Assembly (NCBI RefSeq): GCF_913060805.1
Contig: NZ_CAJXTC010000024.1
Coordinates: 8,079 to 72,078 of the forward strand
Direction of reading: 5' to 3'
DNA: 64,000 nucleotides
From: an uncultured Draconibacterium sp.
GTDB lineage: Bacteria > Bacteroidota > Bacteroidia > Bacteroidales > Prolixibacteraceae
In this document: positions 49,101 through 59,053 of the stretch, piece after piece
Position numbering within the stretch: position 1 is the first letter of the stretch
Layout of the letters: every line of letters starts with the position of its first letter
Translations under genes and position numbers: made by a program
Notes under the pieces: model-generated
Seen by the model: only the letters and a program-made list of their open reading frames with translations
Database searches by the model: none
What the model was told of the DNA's origin: nothing

Positions 49101-49454
49101 GCATCCTACACCAAAACAATTCAGCTATCTGCGATAGATCTTTCAGTTGGAAAATTGTATCTCGACCTAGGGGAAGTGAAAAATCTGGCACAGGTAACAT
49201 TGAATGGTGTCGACTTGGGAGTTGTCTGGAAAAAACCATTTACCCTGGATATTTCTGGTGCCGTTAAGACTGGCGAGAACAAGCTGGAGGTAAAAGTTGT
49301 GAACCTTTGGGTAAATCGCTTGATTGGAGATACACAACCAGATGTAAAAGAAAAAATTACCTATACAACCATGCCGTTTTATCAGTCTCAATCTCCATTA
49401 CAGCCTTCTGGTTTATTAGGGCCTGTAAGTATTGTTTCGGTAATGAACCAATAG
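46119..49454 (+). CDS. Large glycoside hydrolase, GH106-like alpha-L-rhamnosidase family (often annotated 'GH2 sugar-binding domain protein')
   Basis: 1111 aa with a lipoprotein signal (MISC). The N-terminal motif is ARPRVWWHWMNGNVTKDGIQKDLLWMKRSGIGGFQNFD. The C-terminal galactose-binding-like domain has GIKYFSGTASYTK...LDLGEVKNLAQVTLNG...VVNLWVNRLIGD. Confidence 0.5.
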   Translation: MSAKRLFFLLLIVVSMISCSKNNTGSSELYEQFKKPGKEARPRVWWHWMNGNVTKDGIQKDLLWMKRSGIGGFQNFDAGMMMPQVVEKRLTYMTPEWKDAFRYATHLADSLDLEMAIAGSPGWSQTGGPWVPAKDGMKKLVWRDIRVIGGHKFEGELPEPYTNSGTFQNISLADDATAFTSDGEQAQEYYDDIAVIAYKLPVKDINLAELNPEVTSSGGRFSLAQLTDGDLAKTNLLPVYQKGDYGWIQFKFNQSQTVKSITLVGGGLRDQWGAVPPANTRNLQVSEDGVVFRDLCQLPLGGVAQQTINIPETTSRYFRINFKNPTSSPYASIEALFGGQVSEVKGTEIAEIVLHPVTRINHTEEKAGFAAAFDLEENPTPATSDVVDLNTVINLTDKVDENGVLQWDVPDGAWKIVRFGYSLTGKINHPASPEATGLEVDKIDARAVRDYFNNYLDQYKDATGGLMGDKGLEYIITDSYEAGQMTWTPAMEQEFATRRGYSLLPWMPVLTGQIIKSTEASEQFLWDWRKTIGEMIAEFHYDQLTDILDERGMSRYTESHENGRLYLVDGMDAKRKAAVPMSAMWISSGAGSTPEMAQADIRESASVAHIYGQNLVAAESLTAMGLMGNAWSYCPENLKATADMELANGLNRFVIHTSVHQPIDDKIPGLGLMIFGQWFNRHETWAEQAKAWTDYLARSSYLLQQGQFVADIVYYYGEDNNITGLFGHQLPAIPNGYNFDFINTDALNNLLEVKDGNLVTPSGMNYKILVLDENCKRMSLAVLRKLNKLACEGAVIVGKRPEFKAGLQGDNEEFNRLVNDVWNSGKVNVRESESMEQVLNSLSIKPDFTYTSDDKVELLNVHRKVGDADIYWVNSRSGQSETVNATFRVTGKKPEIWHPETGDKEDASFVIEKGTTTVKLDLSPNDAVFVVFGEPSKVNKVELPEKQEKEVHAVEGQWNVVFQSGRGAPAYSTFNKLESYTENSNEGIKYFSGTASYTKTIQLSAIDLSVGKLYLDLGEVKNLAQVTLNGVDLGVVWKKPFTLDISGAVKTGENKLEVKVVNLWVNRLIGDTQPDVKEKITYTTMPFYQSQSPLQPSGLLGPVSIVSVMNQ

Positions 49455-49509
49455 ATATTTAGATAAAAAAAGAATTATCGTGAATAGAGTTAAACAAAAA
49501 TTGAATCAA

Positions 49510-50475
49510 ATGAAAAAATTATCAGTTATCGTGGCAATTTGTACGCTTGCCATTTGCAGCGCAGTAGCGCAAAACAACATTGAAAAAGAAACATTTGTCT
49601 ATTCTGAAATTGATGGGCAAGAATTACTTCTTGACAAGTATGTAGACAACAGTATTGAATATGAAGGGAAACGCCCGGTAATGATTTATGTGCATGGCGG
49701 AGGTTTTGCTACCGGGAGTCGTATAAATGCACTACAGATTAAGTACAATAAACATTTTGCAGCTAAGGGCTTTGTTTCCATTGCAATTAATTACAGGTTA
49801 GGATTAAAAGATGTTGAACAGCCCAGTCCAGAAATAATGACAAATGCCATTAATGTTGCACTGGAAGACCTTCTGACAGCTACTGCTTATATCATCGAAA
49901 AAGCTGATGAATGGAACATTGATACAGAAAAAATCATGATTTCAGGAGGTAGTGCAGGAGCCATTACCTGTTTAAATGCTGAATACGAGATATGTGCAGA
50001 AAGACCACTTTCAAAACTTGTACCTGAAGGATTTAATTATGGCGGAGTGATTTCGCAAGCCGGATGTGTAATGGTTAAGGAAAAAACATTGGAATGGAAA
50101 AAAACACCGTGTCCTATACTTTTTATGCATGGCGATAAAGATATGCAGGTTCCATTCGAAAGTATGGAAATGATGGGAACATTTACGGCAGGATCAAATT
50201 ATTTGCATAAGCAGTTTGTAGAGCGTGACTTTCCACACTGGTTATATGTTGAGGAAGGTGCAGACCATATTGTGGCCTTAAAACCACTACAATACAACTT
50301 TGGCGAAATCGACACATTTATTGATCGTTTTGTGCTAAATGGAGAACATGCTATTGTAAAAACAATCTGGAAAGATAAAGAACCGGGATCGATGGATAAA
50401 ATGTTTGACATTGTTCCATTGTACATGATAGGCTGGGATAAAACAGATGAAGAGGTAGAAGCAGGTGAACAATAA
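49510..50475 (+). CDS. Alpha/beta-hydrolase carboxylesterase (HSL/CE10-like)
   Basis: The start is moved to the ATG at 49510 (MKKLSVIVAICTLA signal). The oxyanion motif is YVHGGGFATGS, the nucleophile elbow is GGSAGA, and HGDKDMQVP supplies Asp. Confidence 0.7.
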   Translation: MKKLSVIVAICTLAICSAVAQNNIEKETFVYSEIDGQELLLDKYVDNSIEYEGKRPVMIYVHGGGFATGSRINALQIKYNKHFAAKGFVSIAINYRLGLKDVEQPSPEIMTNAINVALEDLLTATAYIIEKADEWNIDTEKIMISGGSAGAITCLNAEYEICAERPLSKLVPEGFNYGGVISQAGCVMVKEKTLEWKKTPCPILFMHGDKDMQVPFESMEMMGTFTAGSNYLHKQFVERDFPHWLYVEEGADHIVALKPLQYNFGEIDTFIDRFVLNGEHAIVKTIWKDKEPGSMDKMFDIVPLYMIGWDKTDEEVEAGEQ

Positions 50476-50509
50476 AAGGAGACTTCATAAAGTGAACATA
50501 AAAATCAAC

Positions 50510-52936
50510 ATGAATAAGTTTTTATTCGTGTTGGTTTTAACCCACATCTCGCTTACGCTGGTGGTATCGTCATGTATCACTAAAAATGAGACTACAATGG
50601 ATCTGAACGCTATAGTTGATTCAATGTCTGTACAACAAAAAGCCCAACTGGTTGTTGGTACCGGACTTTATTTTGTACTTCCTGAAGCTATAAAAGAACA
50701 AATGCCGGAAAGATTTGCAAAACGACCTGAGGGTGATTCTGTTTATGTAGATATGGTTGAAAGGGTGAGAAAGTATTTGCCCGGTACTGCCGGAGTAACT
50801 GCTGAATTTTCTACCTTGGGAATTACCAGTCAAACGCTGGCTGATGGCCCCGCAGGACTTAGAATTTCACCTAGACGTGAAGGTTCTGATAGCACATTTT
50901 TTTGTACAGCATTTCCTATTGCTACTCTGTTGGCTTCTACTTGGGATACCAAACTTGTTGAACAGGTTGGTAATGCCATGGGAGAAGAATCATTAGAATA
51001 TGGAGCGGATATTCTCCTAGCTCCGGGAATGAATATTCAAAGAGATCCACTTTGTGGAAGAAATTTTGAATATTATTCAGAAGATCCACTTGTGACAGGT
51101 AAGATGGCTGCTTCAATGGTAAAAGGTATTCAATCGAATGGAGTTGGTGCTTCAGTAAAACATTTTGCAGTTAATAATCAGGAAACTTACCGGGCCTCAG
51201 CTGATGCAATTGTTAGCGAAAGAGCACTTCGTGAAATTTATCTCAAAGGATTCGAAATCGTTGTTAAAGAAGCCCAGCCGTGGACTGTGATGTCTGCTTA
51301 CAATAAAATAAATGGCTCGTATGCTTCGGAAAGCAAAGAACTTTTAACAGATGTATTACGCAACGAATGGGGATTTGACGGATATGTAGTTACCGATTGG
51401 GGAGCCGGTAATGATATTATTAAACAAATCAAGGCAGGTAATGACATGATTCAGCCCGGCTCTTTTAGTCAGGTGAAGGAAATTATTGAAGCCGTTGAAT
51501 CCGGCACCTTAGATTTAGCAGAACTGGATAAAAATATAGAAAGGATATTAGGAGTAATGGTAAATACTCCTCGATATCGAAAATATCTCAACTCTAATAA
51601 ACCTGATCTAAAAGCTAATGCATTAGTTGCTCGTCAGGCTGCTGCTGATGGGATGGTTTTACTGGAAAATAGAAATGAAACATTACCACTGGCTTCGGAT
51701 GTTGGACGTATCGCCGTTTTTGGAAATACGTCCTATGATTTCATTTCGGGAGGTACAGGCAGTGGTGACGTAAATGAAGCTTCCACTGTTTCTTTAACTC
51801 AAGGATTAGTAGAAAAAGGGTATCAGGTAAATAAGGAACTTCATACGGTATATTCCTCTTATTTGTCCCATGAAAAAGCAAAACAACACACCAATTCTAA
51901 TCCTATTCTGGCCATGTTTACCGGACCGGAAAGAATTGAGGAGTTGGTTCTTACCTCCAAGTTAATTTCAAATACTGCACAAACCGCAGACATTGCTTTA
52001 ATAACAATTGGCCGTTTGGCAGGTGAAGGAGGTGACCGAAAACTTGTGGAAGGTGATTATTATTTAAGCAGAAAGGAAAGGGAATTATTAAAAAATGTAA
52101 CAACCGCCTTTCACAAAGTTGGAAAAAAAGTAATCGTTGTTCTAAATGTGCCCGGGGTAATTGAAACAACAAGTTGGAGTGAAATTCCGGATGCTGTATT
52201 GTGTGCCTGGCAACCCGGACAAGAAGCCGGTAATGCAGTAACTGATATTCTGACAGGGAAAATTAATCCATCGGGCAAATTAGCCATAACTTTTCCAGCT
52301 AAGTATGAAGACGGCCCAACTGCTGCATACTTCCCTGGTAAATCAATAGATGGAAAGATAAATGAAATTAAAGAGTTGTCAGGATTTTCTATAAACGAAA
52401 ATGTACCGTGGCAGGTTATCTACGGGGAAGATATATATGTGGGATATCGTTATTATAACACTTTCAATGTTCCAGTAGCTTATGAATTTGGATATGGTTT
52501 GTCATACACCAATTTTCAGTATGATAAGTTGAATATTAACAGAATAGACTCCAAAGATATTTTCACGATATCAGTTGAGGTAACAAATACTGGTAATTAT
52601 CCGGGAAAAGAAGTTGTACAGGTTTATTCAAATCCCCCCAGTGGTGAAATAGAAAAACCAAAAGATGCATTAATCGCTTTTGGTAAAACCAAGTTACTTC
52701 AGCCTGGTGAATCCGAAACATTAATCCTCTCTGCAAGAAATAAAGACCTGGCTTGTTTCAATCCCAGACATTCGCAATGGATGGTCGAATCCGGAGAATA
52801 CAAAATCAAAGTTGGCCCATCATCGCGTAAAACAAAACTGGAAGCTAATATCCTTATAAACGATGATGTAGTGATTGAGAAGGTTAACAACGTTTTAAGC
52901 CCAAAAATAGAATTTGATAAAATGCACAGGAGATAG
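50510..52936 (+). CDS. Glycoside hydrolase family 3 (beta-glucosidase/beta-xylosidase-like) with C-terminal FnIII-like domain
   Basis: The start is moved to the ATG at 50510. Motifs are KHFAVNNQE, GFDGYVVTDWGA (nucleophile Asp), WQPGQEAGNAVTDILTGKINPSGKL and FGYGLSYT. Confidence 0.85.
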   Translation: MNKFLFVLVLTHISLTLVVSSCITKNETTMDLNAIVDSMSVQQKAQLVVGTGLYFVLPEAIKEQMPERFAKRPEGDSVYVDMVERVRKYLPGTAGVTAEFSTLGITSQTLADGPAGLRISPRREGSDSTFFCTAFPIATLLASTWDTKLVEQVGNAMGEESLEYGADILLAPGMNIQRDPLCGRNFEYYSEDPLVTGKMAASMVKGIQSNGVGASVKHFAVNNQETYRASADAIVSERALREIYLKGFEIVVKEAQPWTVMSAYNKINGSYASESKELLTDVLRNEWGFDGYVVTDWGAGNDIIKQIKAGNDMIQPGSFSQVKEIIEAVESGTLDLAELDKNIERILGVMVNTPRYRKYLNSNKPDLKANALVARQAAADGMVLLENRNETLPLASDVGRIAVFGNTSYDFISGGTGSGDVNEASTVSLTQGLVEKGYQVNKELHTVYSSYLSHEKAKQHTNSNPILAMFTGPERIEELVLTSKLISNTAQTADIALITIGRLAGEGGDRKLVEGDYYLSRKERELLKNVTTAFHKVGKKVIVVLNVPGVIETTSWSEIPDAVLCAWQPGQEAGNAVTDILTGKINPSGKLAITFPAKYEDGPTAAYFPGKSIDGKINEIKELSGFSINENVPWQVIYGEDIYVGYRYYNTFNVPVAYEFGYGLSYTNFQYDKLNINRIDSKDIFTISVEVTNTGNYPGKEVVQVYSNPPSGEIEKPKDALIAFGKTKLLQPGESETLILSARNKDLACFNPRHSQWMVESGEYKIKVGPSSRKTKLEANILINDDVVIEKVNNVLSPKIEFDKMHRR

Positions 52937-53028
52937 GGGAAGCGAGTCAAAAATGAATAAAGAGTCCAAATAAAATTTAGAAGCAAGAATTGAAATTACA
53001 GTAAGTGTGCAAACGAAATGAAAATTAT

Positions 53029-53898
53029 ATGAGTGAACAAATTGCTAAACTACTTGATGGTATTGTTTGGGGAGAAAGTCCAAGATGGCGCCATGATAAA
53101 TTATGGTTTTCTGACATTTTTGGGAAACAGGTAAAAAATGTTGATCTCGAAGGGAATGCCACACTTATTGCTGATGTGCCTACTATTCCTTCAGGTCTGG
53201 GATGGGGAGAGGATGGAAATTTATTAATTGCAACCGGTGCCGTTAATATCTTAAAGCAAAAAAACGGGGAATTTCAAATTTTAGCTGATTTGAGCCACTC
53301 GGCAGTCGGGATCAACGACATGGTTGTTGATACCAAAAGCAATGCATACGTTGGATGTTATGGCTACGATGTTAGAACCTACCAACCGGGAATGGATGTG
53401 GATGCCTGGGTTACGTTGGTAAGACCAGACGGAAGTTTCGAGAAAGTCGCCGACGGAATGATATGCCCCAATGGGATGGTTATTTCTGAAGATCAAAAAA
53501 AATTAATTGTAGCTGATACCTTCGCAAAACAGCTTTTATCTTTTGATATTTTGCCCGATGGTGGTTTATCAAATCGACATGTTTGGGCAGATTTGGAGGG
53601 TGGTCCGGATGGCATTACTATGGATAAGGATGGAAATGTCTGGGCCGCTATACCCCACATGGGTATAGTGATACAAGTTGAAGAAGGTGGTACTGTTTTG
53701 CAGAATATCCGGTTCAATAAAACTCCTCTGGCTTGCACATTGGGTGGCCCCAATGGAGATATATTATTTGTAGTTACTGTTGATGCACACAAAGAATTAA
53801 GCGAAGATGATTTAAAAGATCAAGATGCGGCTCTATCTAAAAAAGGATCTTGTATTGAATATATCTCGGTCGGTGCAAAAGGATTTGGTACCCCTTAG
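53029..53898 (+). CDS. SMP-30/gluconolactonase/LRE-family protein (no signal peptide)
   Basis: ~289 aa six-bladed-propeller-like protein with ESPRW....LWFSD, NDMVVD, PNGMVISEDQKKLIVADT and GGPDGITMDKDGNVWAA. Confidence 0.7.
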   Translation: MSEQIAKLLDGIVWGESPRWRHDKLWFSDIFGKQVKNVDLEGNATLIADVPTIPSGLGWGEDGNLLIATGAVNILKQKNGEFQILADLSHSAVGINDMVVDTKSNAYVGCYGYDVRTYQPGMDVDAWVTLVRPDGSFEKVADGMICPNGMVISEDQKKLIVADTFAKQLLSFDILPDGGLSNRHVWADLEGGPDGITMDKDGNVWAAIPHMGIVIQVEEGGTVLQNIRFNKTPLACTLGGPNGDILFVVTVDAHKELSEDDLKDQDAALSKKGSCIEYISVGAKGFGTP

Positions 53899-53943
53899 TA
53901 TAAGATTCAGTAAATGTTTGGTAAACAAAGAAATGATAATAAT

Positions 53944-56472
53944 ATGAAAAAATGTGATTGTAGATTATTGTCCCTGAGTTTTTTAATCATGAGCATAATG
54001 TTCTCTTGCACAAACTCTCCGAAAGAAAATTTTTCGAAGCGGACACGTTTATTTAACGACGATTGGAAATTTATAAGAGACAGTATTGGTGGTGCAGAAA
54101 AACCTGATTTTGACGACTCAAATTGGATGACGGTTGATCTGCCACACGACTTTAGTATCATGGATCTGTCCGGCGAAGATTCGGATGATCAAGTAGGGCC
54201 ATTTTCAAAAAAGGCACCGGGCAATGGCAATGGTACCGGGCACACAATGGGAGGTACAGGATGGTACCGTAAAAATTTTGTGCTTAATAAAGCCGACAGA
54301 GGGAAAATGGTGGCATTGAAGTTTGATGGTGCTTACATGGAGACCGAAGTTTGGGTAAACGGTAAAAAAGCGGGATTCAATAAGAACGGTTATACACCAT
54401 TTTATTTTGATATCAGCTCTTTATTAAATCCAGCTGGGGACGTGAATAGTATTGCTGTTAAAGTTGACAATATCGGAGCAAATTCGCGCTGGTACAGTGG
54501 CTCTGGTTTATACCGGAATGTACATTTGATTGTAACAAATCCCGTGCATGTTAGTGTGTGGGGAACAAAAATTACTACTTCTGAAATCACTTCTGCTAAT
54601 GCTTTGGTGGATGTTGAAGTTATAGTTCAGAATGGAAAAGAAGAGGCTGTAGGTGCGGAGTTAACCATCAACATAAAAGATATGGAGGGAAGTATAATGC
54701 AGTCTTCAACGCAAATAATAGATCTTTCCGCAAAGTCAGAAAAAATTGCAAAAGCGCAAATTAATGTGGAAAGCCCTTCCTTATGGTCAATTGAATCACC
54801 AAATCTTTATGAAGCTGAGGTGGTTGTGAATGTTGATAATAAAGCTTCGGACGTTTATACGCAGCATTTTGGAATCCGCTCGATTGAGTTTTCAGCCGAA
54901 AAAGGATTTTTACTGAATGGGAAGCAGGTTTTGATTAATGGTGGCTGCCTGCATCATGATAATGGCTATCTCGGTGCTGCTGCGTTCGAGCGAGCAGAGC
55001 GACGAAAGGTTGAATTGATGAAGGCTAACGGATACAATGCCATTCGTACTTCTCACAATCCATTTTCGGAAGTGTTCTTAAACGCCTGCGACGAGCTTGG
55101 AATATTGGTAATTGATGAGTTTACCGATATGTGGGAGAACTATAAGCATAAAAACGATTACTCTCGTTTTTTTAGCACCAATTGGGAGAATGATTTGAGT
55201 AATATGATAAGGAGAGACAGGAACCATCCAAGTATTATTATGTGGAGTATTGGTAATGAAATTCCTAAAAAGAATATTACCGACGGAGTGCGAATCGGCA
55301 AAATGTTGGTGGAAAAGGTTAAAGAACTAGATAATACCCGACCTACAACCGAAGGTGTTCCCAGCTTTTTGATACACGGAGGTTGGAAAAATGCAAAAAA
55401 TTACTTTGAACTGTTGGATGTTGCAGGATATAATTATATGGAAGCAGCATATGAGTCAGATCATAAGGAACATCCCGAAAGAGTAATTTATTCGTCAGAA
55501 TCATATCCAAAAGAAGCCTATAAATACTGGAAGGCGGTTGAAAAACTCCCTTATGTAATTGGTGATTTCGTTTGGACTACCATGGATTACATTGGCGAAG
55601 TTCATGTTGGCAACTCTACCTATAAAAAGGCAGAGGATATTGATCATCGGGCTTTTCAAACCATGGATGGTATCCCCGAAGGAACAAATCCTGACTTAAT
55701 TTATAATTATATGAACCAGACACCATCTACCTGGCCGGCGTTTATTTCATGGTGTGGCGATTTGGATTTGATGGGTGATAAAAAACCGCAAGGGCTTTAC
55801 CGCGATGTTTTATGGGATTTGAGCCCGATTGAAGTAAACGTGCATGAACTCATTCCTGAAGGTTATGTAGAGGATATCTCTCTTTGGGGATGGCCCAGGG
55901 AGCTGTCAGTATGGGATTGGAAAGGCAGCGAAGGCAAACCGTTACAAGTCCGTGTATTTACCAAAGCCTCGCAGGTGAAACTTGAATTGAATGGCCAACC
56001 AATTGGTGAACAGATAATCGGCGAAGATGATAAATACGTTGCTGTTTTTGAGGTTCCCTACGAACCGGGAGAACTCACAGCCATTGCTTTGAGTGATGGC
56101 AAAGAAATCGCCCGTAAAACCTTGTCAACACCAGGAGATGCATCAGCAATCAGATTGACTGCCGACAGAAAAACAATAAGAGCAGACCGCAACGATCTTG
56201 CTTATGTGAAAATTGAAATGGTTGATAAAAACGGTCAGGTGATCGTCCAGGATCCGGCGAAACTTAAAATTGATGTTTCAGGAAATGGAGAGCTTATCGG
56301 TTCCGGAAATGCTGATCCGAGCGATATGGCAAGTGTTAATAATTCGGAAGTGAATACATTTAGGGGAAAAGCACAGGCTATTATTAGACCTTTCAGTACT
56401 TCCGGTGAAATTGCAATATCAGTTAGTTCTGATAGCTTAACGTCTGGAGAAATAAAGATTATTGTTGAGTAA
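53944..56472 (+). CDS. Glycoside hydrolase family 2 (beta-galactosidase/beta-glucuronidase-like)
   Basis: The start is moved to the ATG at 53944 (lipoprotein signal IMFSC). Motifs are FDGAYMETEVWVNGK, NAIRTSHNP, HPSIIMWSIGNE (acid/base Glu) and C-terminal DUF4982-like and Ig domains. Confidence 0.8.
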   Translation: MKKCDCRLLSLSFLIMSIMFSCTNSPKENFSKRTRLFNDDWKFIRDSIGGAEKPDFDDSNWMTVDLPHDFSIMDLSGEDSDDQVGPFSKKAPGNGNGTGHTMGGTGWYRKNFVLNKADRGKMVALKFDGAYMETEVWVNGKKAGFNKNGYTPFYFDISSLLNPAGDVNSIAVKVDNIGANSRWYSGSGLYRNVHLIVTNPVHVSVWGTKITTSEITSANALVDVEVIVQNGKEEAVGAELTINIKDMEGSIMQSSTQIIDLSAKSEKIAKAQINVESPSLWSIESPNLYEAEVVVNVDNKASDVYTQHFGIRSIEFSAEKGFLLNGKQVLINGGCLHHDNGYLGAAAFERAERRKVELMKANGYNAIRTSHNPFSEVFLNACDELGILVIDEFTDMWENYKHKNDYSRFFSTNWENDLSNMIRRDRNHPSIIMWSIGNEIPKKNITDGVRIGKMLVEKVKELDNTRPTTEGVPSFLIHGGWKNAKNYFELLDVAGYNYMEAAYESDHKEHPERVIYSSESYPKEAYKYWKAVEKLPYVIGDFVWTTMDYIGEVHVGNSTYKKAEDIDHRAFQTMDGIPEGTNPDLIYNYMNQTPSTWPAFISWCGDLDLMGDKKPQGLYRDVLWDLSPIEVNVHELIPEGYVEDISLWGWPRELSVWDWKGSEGKPLQVRVFTKASQVKLELNGQPIGEQIIGEDDKYVAVFEVPYEPGELTAIALSDGKEIARKTLSTPGDASAIRLTADRKTIRADRNDLAYVKIEMVDKNGQVIVQDPAKLKIDVSGNGELIGSGNADPSDMASVNNSEVNTFRGKAQAIIRPFSTSGEIAISVSSDSLTSGEIKIIVE

Positions 56473-56498
56473 CAGATTGTTTGAAAATCAAAAAAAGG

Positions 56499-57386
56499 AT
56501 GAAAATGAAAAAGTTAGTGGTCAGTGTAATTGTGATTTTTTTTGCAATAAGTGGATTGTATGCTCAGGAAGTGATAAAGTTGTACGACGGTAAAGCACCC
56601 GGATCCGAAAATTGGGATTGGGATGAAACCGAACTTGGTGGCGGATTTCCTATGGTATATAACGTTACCGATCCGAGCCTGATTGTATGTAAACCTGAAA
56701 AAGAAGTTGCTACCGGAAAAGCTGTTGTGGTATGTCCTGGTGGCGCATTCTTAGTACAGGCAATAGGAAATGAAGGTTACGATGTTGCAAAATGGTTAAA
56801 TAGCAAAGGTATTACTGTTTTTATATTAAAATACAGGCTTGACCACATGGAGTCAAATGATATTGCAAAAGAAATGGCGGACAGGAAAATTGGAACAGAA
56901 GAACATGCAAAATCGATCCAACCAATAATTGAAATGGCCATAGCCGATGGAAGGACTGCAGTTTCGTATGTAAAACAACACGCATCTGAGTGGAGTCTTA
57001 ATCCTGATTCTGTTGGAATTATGGGATTTTCTGCCGGAGGTACGGTAGCTTCAGGCGTAGCTTTTACTTATGATGAGGAAAGCCGCCCGGCCTTTGTCGC
57101 GCCAATCTATCCTTATGTTGGCTACTATGCTGAAAATCCGGTCCCAGCCGATGCACCACCAATGTTTATCGCTTGTACTACCGATGATGGATTTGGCTTT
57201 CACACCCATGCAACCAAATTATACAATAAATGGGTGACTGTTCAAAAAGCAACTGAGCTGCATATGTACCAAAAAGGCGAGCATGGTTTTGCGGTTAAAA
57301 AGCAAGGCCTAGCAGTTGACGGATGGACAGAATTGTTCATTCAATGGTTGGATTTGCAAGGTAAGAAGAGCAGTTCTGAAAACTAA
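56499..57386 (+). CDS. Alpha/beta-hydrolase esterase (secreted)
   Basis: The start is at the ATG at 56499 or 56505. It has a signal peptide, oxyanion region VVCPGGAF, nucleophile elbow GFSAGG, Asp in CTTDDG and His in GEHGF. Confidence 0.7.
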   Translation: MKMKKLVVSVIVIFFAISGLYAQEVIKLYDGKAPGSENWDWDETELGGGFPMVYNVTDPSLIVCKPEKEVATGKAVVVCPGGAFLVQAIGNEGYDVAKWLNSKGITVFILKYRLDHMESNDIAKEMADRKIGTEEHAKSIQPIIEMAIADGRTAVSYVKQHASEWSLNPDSVGIMGFSAGGTVASGVAFTYDEESRPAFVAPIYPYVGYYAENPVPADAPPMFIACTTDDGFGFHTHATKLYNKWVTVQKATELHMYQKGEHGFAVKKQGLAVDGWTELFIQWLDLQGKKSSSEN

Positions 57387-57398
57387 AATTTAAAAGTC

Positions 57399-59039
57399 AT
57401 GATCAAACAAACAATATTCTGTGGACTCCTTCTTCTGTTTTTTAACGCAGTGACATTTGGACAAAGCAAAAAACCTTTATTAACCGATGAAGATTACATT
57501 ACACCTTATAATGCTGTTGTTATACCTGATTCGGAAGTAACTTACAATAATCCGGTTATTCCCGGTTTTTACCCCGATCCCAGTGTGTGCAGGGTTGGTG
57601 ACGATTATTATCTGGTGACTAGTACATTTGAATATTTTCCAGGAGTTCCTGTTTTTCATAGCAAGGATTTGATAAACTGGGAAAAAATAGGCTACTGTAT
57701 TGATCGTGATGATCAGCTACCAAAACCTTTAAACGTTTTCGCTCCAAACATACAATATCACAACGGTACATTTTATATGATCACAACCAATTTCGGAGAA
57801 GGAGGTGGTAATTTTTATGTTACCGCCAAAGATCCGGCTGGTCCATGGTCTGATCCGATTTGGGTAGATATTCGTGGTATTGATCCCGATTTATTCTTCG
57901 ATGATGACGGTAAAACTTATATCATCAACTCATTTTTTATGGTTTATGAAATTGATCTGGAAACTGGTAAGATATTAGATGAAGGTCGAAAACTTTGGTA
58001 TGGAAACGGCGGATCAGCCCTGGAAGGCCCGCATATTTATAAAAAGGATGGCTACTATTATATTTTAGCAGCCGAAGGTGGAACCGCCGAAGGGCATCAT
58101 GTAACCATGGCCAGGGCACTTAATTTATATGGACCATACATTAGTAATCCGGCTAACCCGGTTTTGGCACACGAAAATGCAGCGGGCCAGTTAAATGAAC
58201 TTCATGGAATTGGGCATGCTGATATTATTCATGCACACGATGGCTCGTGGTGGATGTCATTTCATGGCTATCGTTTAATTGGAAACAGGGTAAGAGGTTA
58301 TCACCATACCTTGGGAAGAGAAACTTGTATGGTGCCTATGGAGTGGCCCACAAACAGCTGGCCAGTAGTAAACGGGAATGGTACGGCAACCCTAAAAATG
58401 CATTGCCCAACCTTACCACTTCAGGAAAAATCGAAACAGTCATCTCACATTGATTTCGATAACCCGGAATTAGGAATGGAGTGGAACTATATTCAGGCAC
58501 CACTAGTTAAAAACTATTCGCTTTCAGAAAGAAAAGGATTTCTCCGTCTTAAGGGGGCTGCAAACAATATCGGTGAAAATGGTTCACCAACCTTTGTGGG
58601 AAGAAGGGTGCAGCACATAGATTTTAGGGCCACTACCGTGGTAGATTTCGATCCCGAATCCGAAAACGAAGAGGCCGGATTAACACTGGTCAACCACGGA
58701 ACTCATTTCGATATCTCGGTAAAAACACACGAGGATGAAAGAGTAGTTCAGGTTCAACTGGAGTTTGGTACCAACATTTATAAGTCAAAATCATTCTCTG
58801 TAAAGTCCGGGCCGGTAAAGCTCAGAATCGAAGGAGATACACATCATATCAGATTCCTGTATGCGCAGAATGATAATGATTTTATAGAATTAGATTCAGT
58901 TGTAACTTCCTATATAAGTTCCGAAACAGTTGGCGGATATTCTGGTGTATATGTCGGAATGTTTGCCTCCGGCAACGGAAAGATAAGTAAAGTAAATGCG
59001 GATTTTGATTGGTTTGAGTATCTGGGTAAGGAAAACTAA
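57399..59039 (+). CDS. Glycoside hydrolase family 43 (beta-xylosidase/alpha-L-arabinofuranosidase-like) with C-terminal beta-sandwich domain
   Basis: NPVIPGFYPDPSVCRVGDDYYLVTSTFEYFPGVPVFHSKDLINWE (catalytic Asp), LEGPHIYKKDGYYY (catalytic Glu region), and a GH43_C2-like C-terminus. Confidence 0.85.
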   Translation: MIKQTIFCGLLLLFFNAVTFGQSKKPLLTDEDYITPYNAVVIPDSEVTYNNPVIPGFYPDPSVCRVGDDYYLVTSTFEYFPGVPVFHSKDLINWEKIGYCIDRDDQLPKPLNVFAPNIQYHNGTFYMITTNFGEGGGNFYVTAKDPAGPWSDPIWVDIRGIDPDLFFDDDGKTYIINSFFMVYEIDLETGKILDEGRKLWYGNGGSALEGPHIYKKDGYYYILAAEGGTAEGHHVTMARALNLYGPYISNPANPVLAHENAAGQLNELHGIGHADIIHAHDGSWWMSFHGYRLIGNRVRGYHHTLGRETCMVPMEWPTNSWPVVNGNGTATLKMHCPTLPLQEKSKQSSHIDFDNPELGMEWNYIQAPLVKNYSLSERKGFLRLKGAANNIGENGSPTFVGRRVQHIDFRATTVVDFDPESENEEAGLTLVNHGTHFDISVKTHEDERVVQVQLEFGTNIYKSKSFSVKSGPVKLRIEGDTHHIRFLYAQNDNDFIELDSVVTSYISSETVGGYSGVYVGMFASGNGKISKVNADFDWFEYLGKEN

Positions 59040-59053
59040 AAATAAAAACAGAG

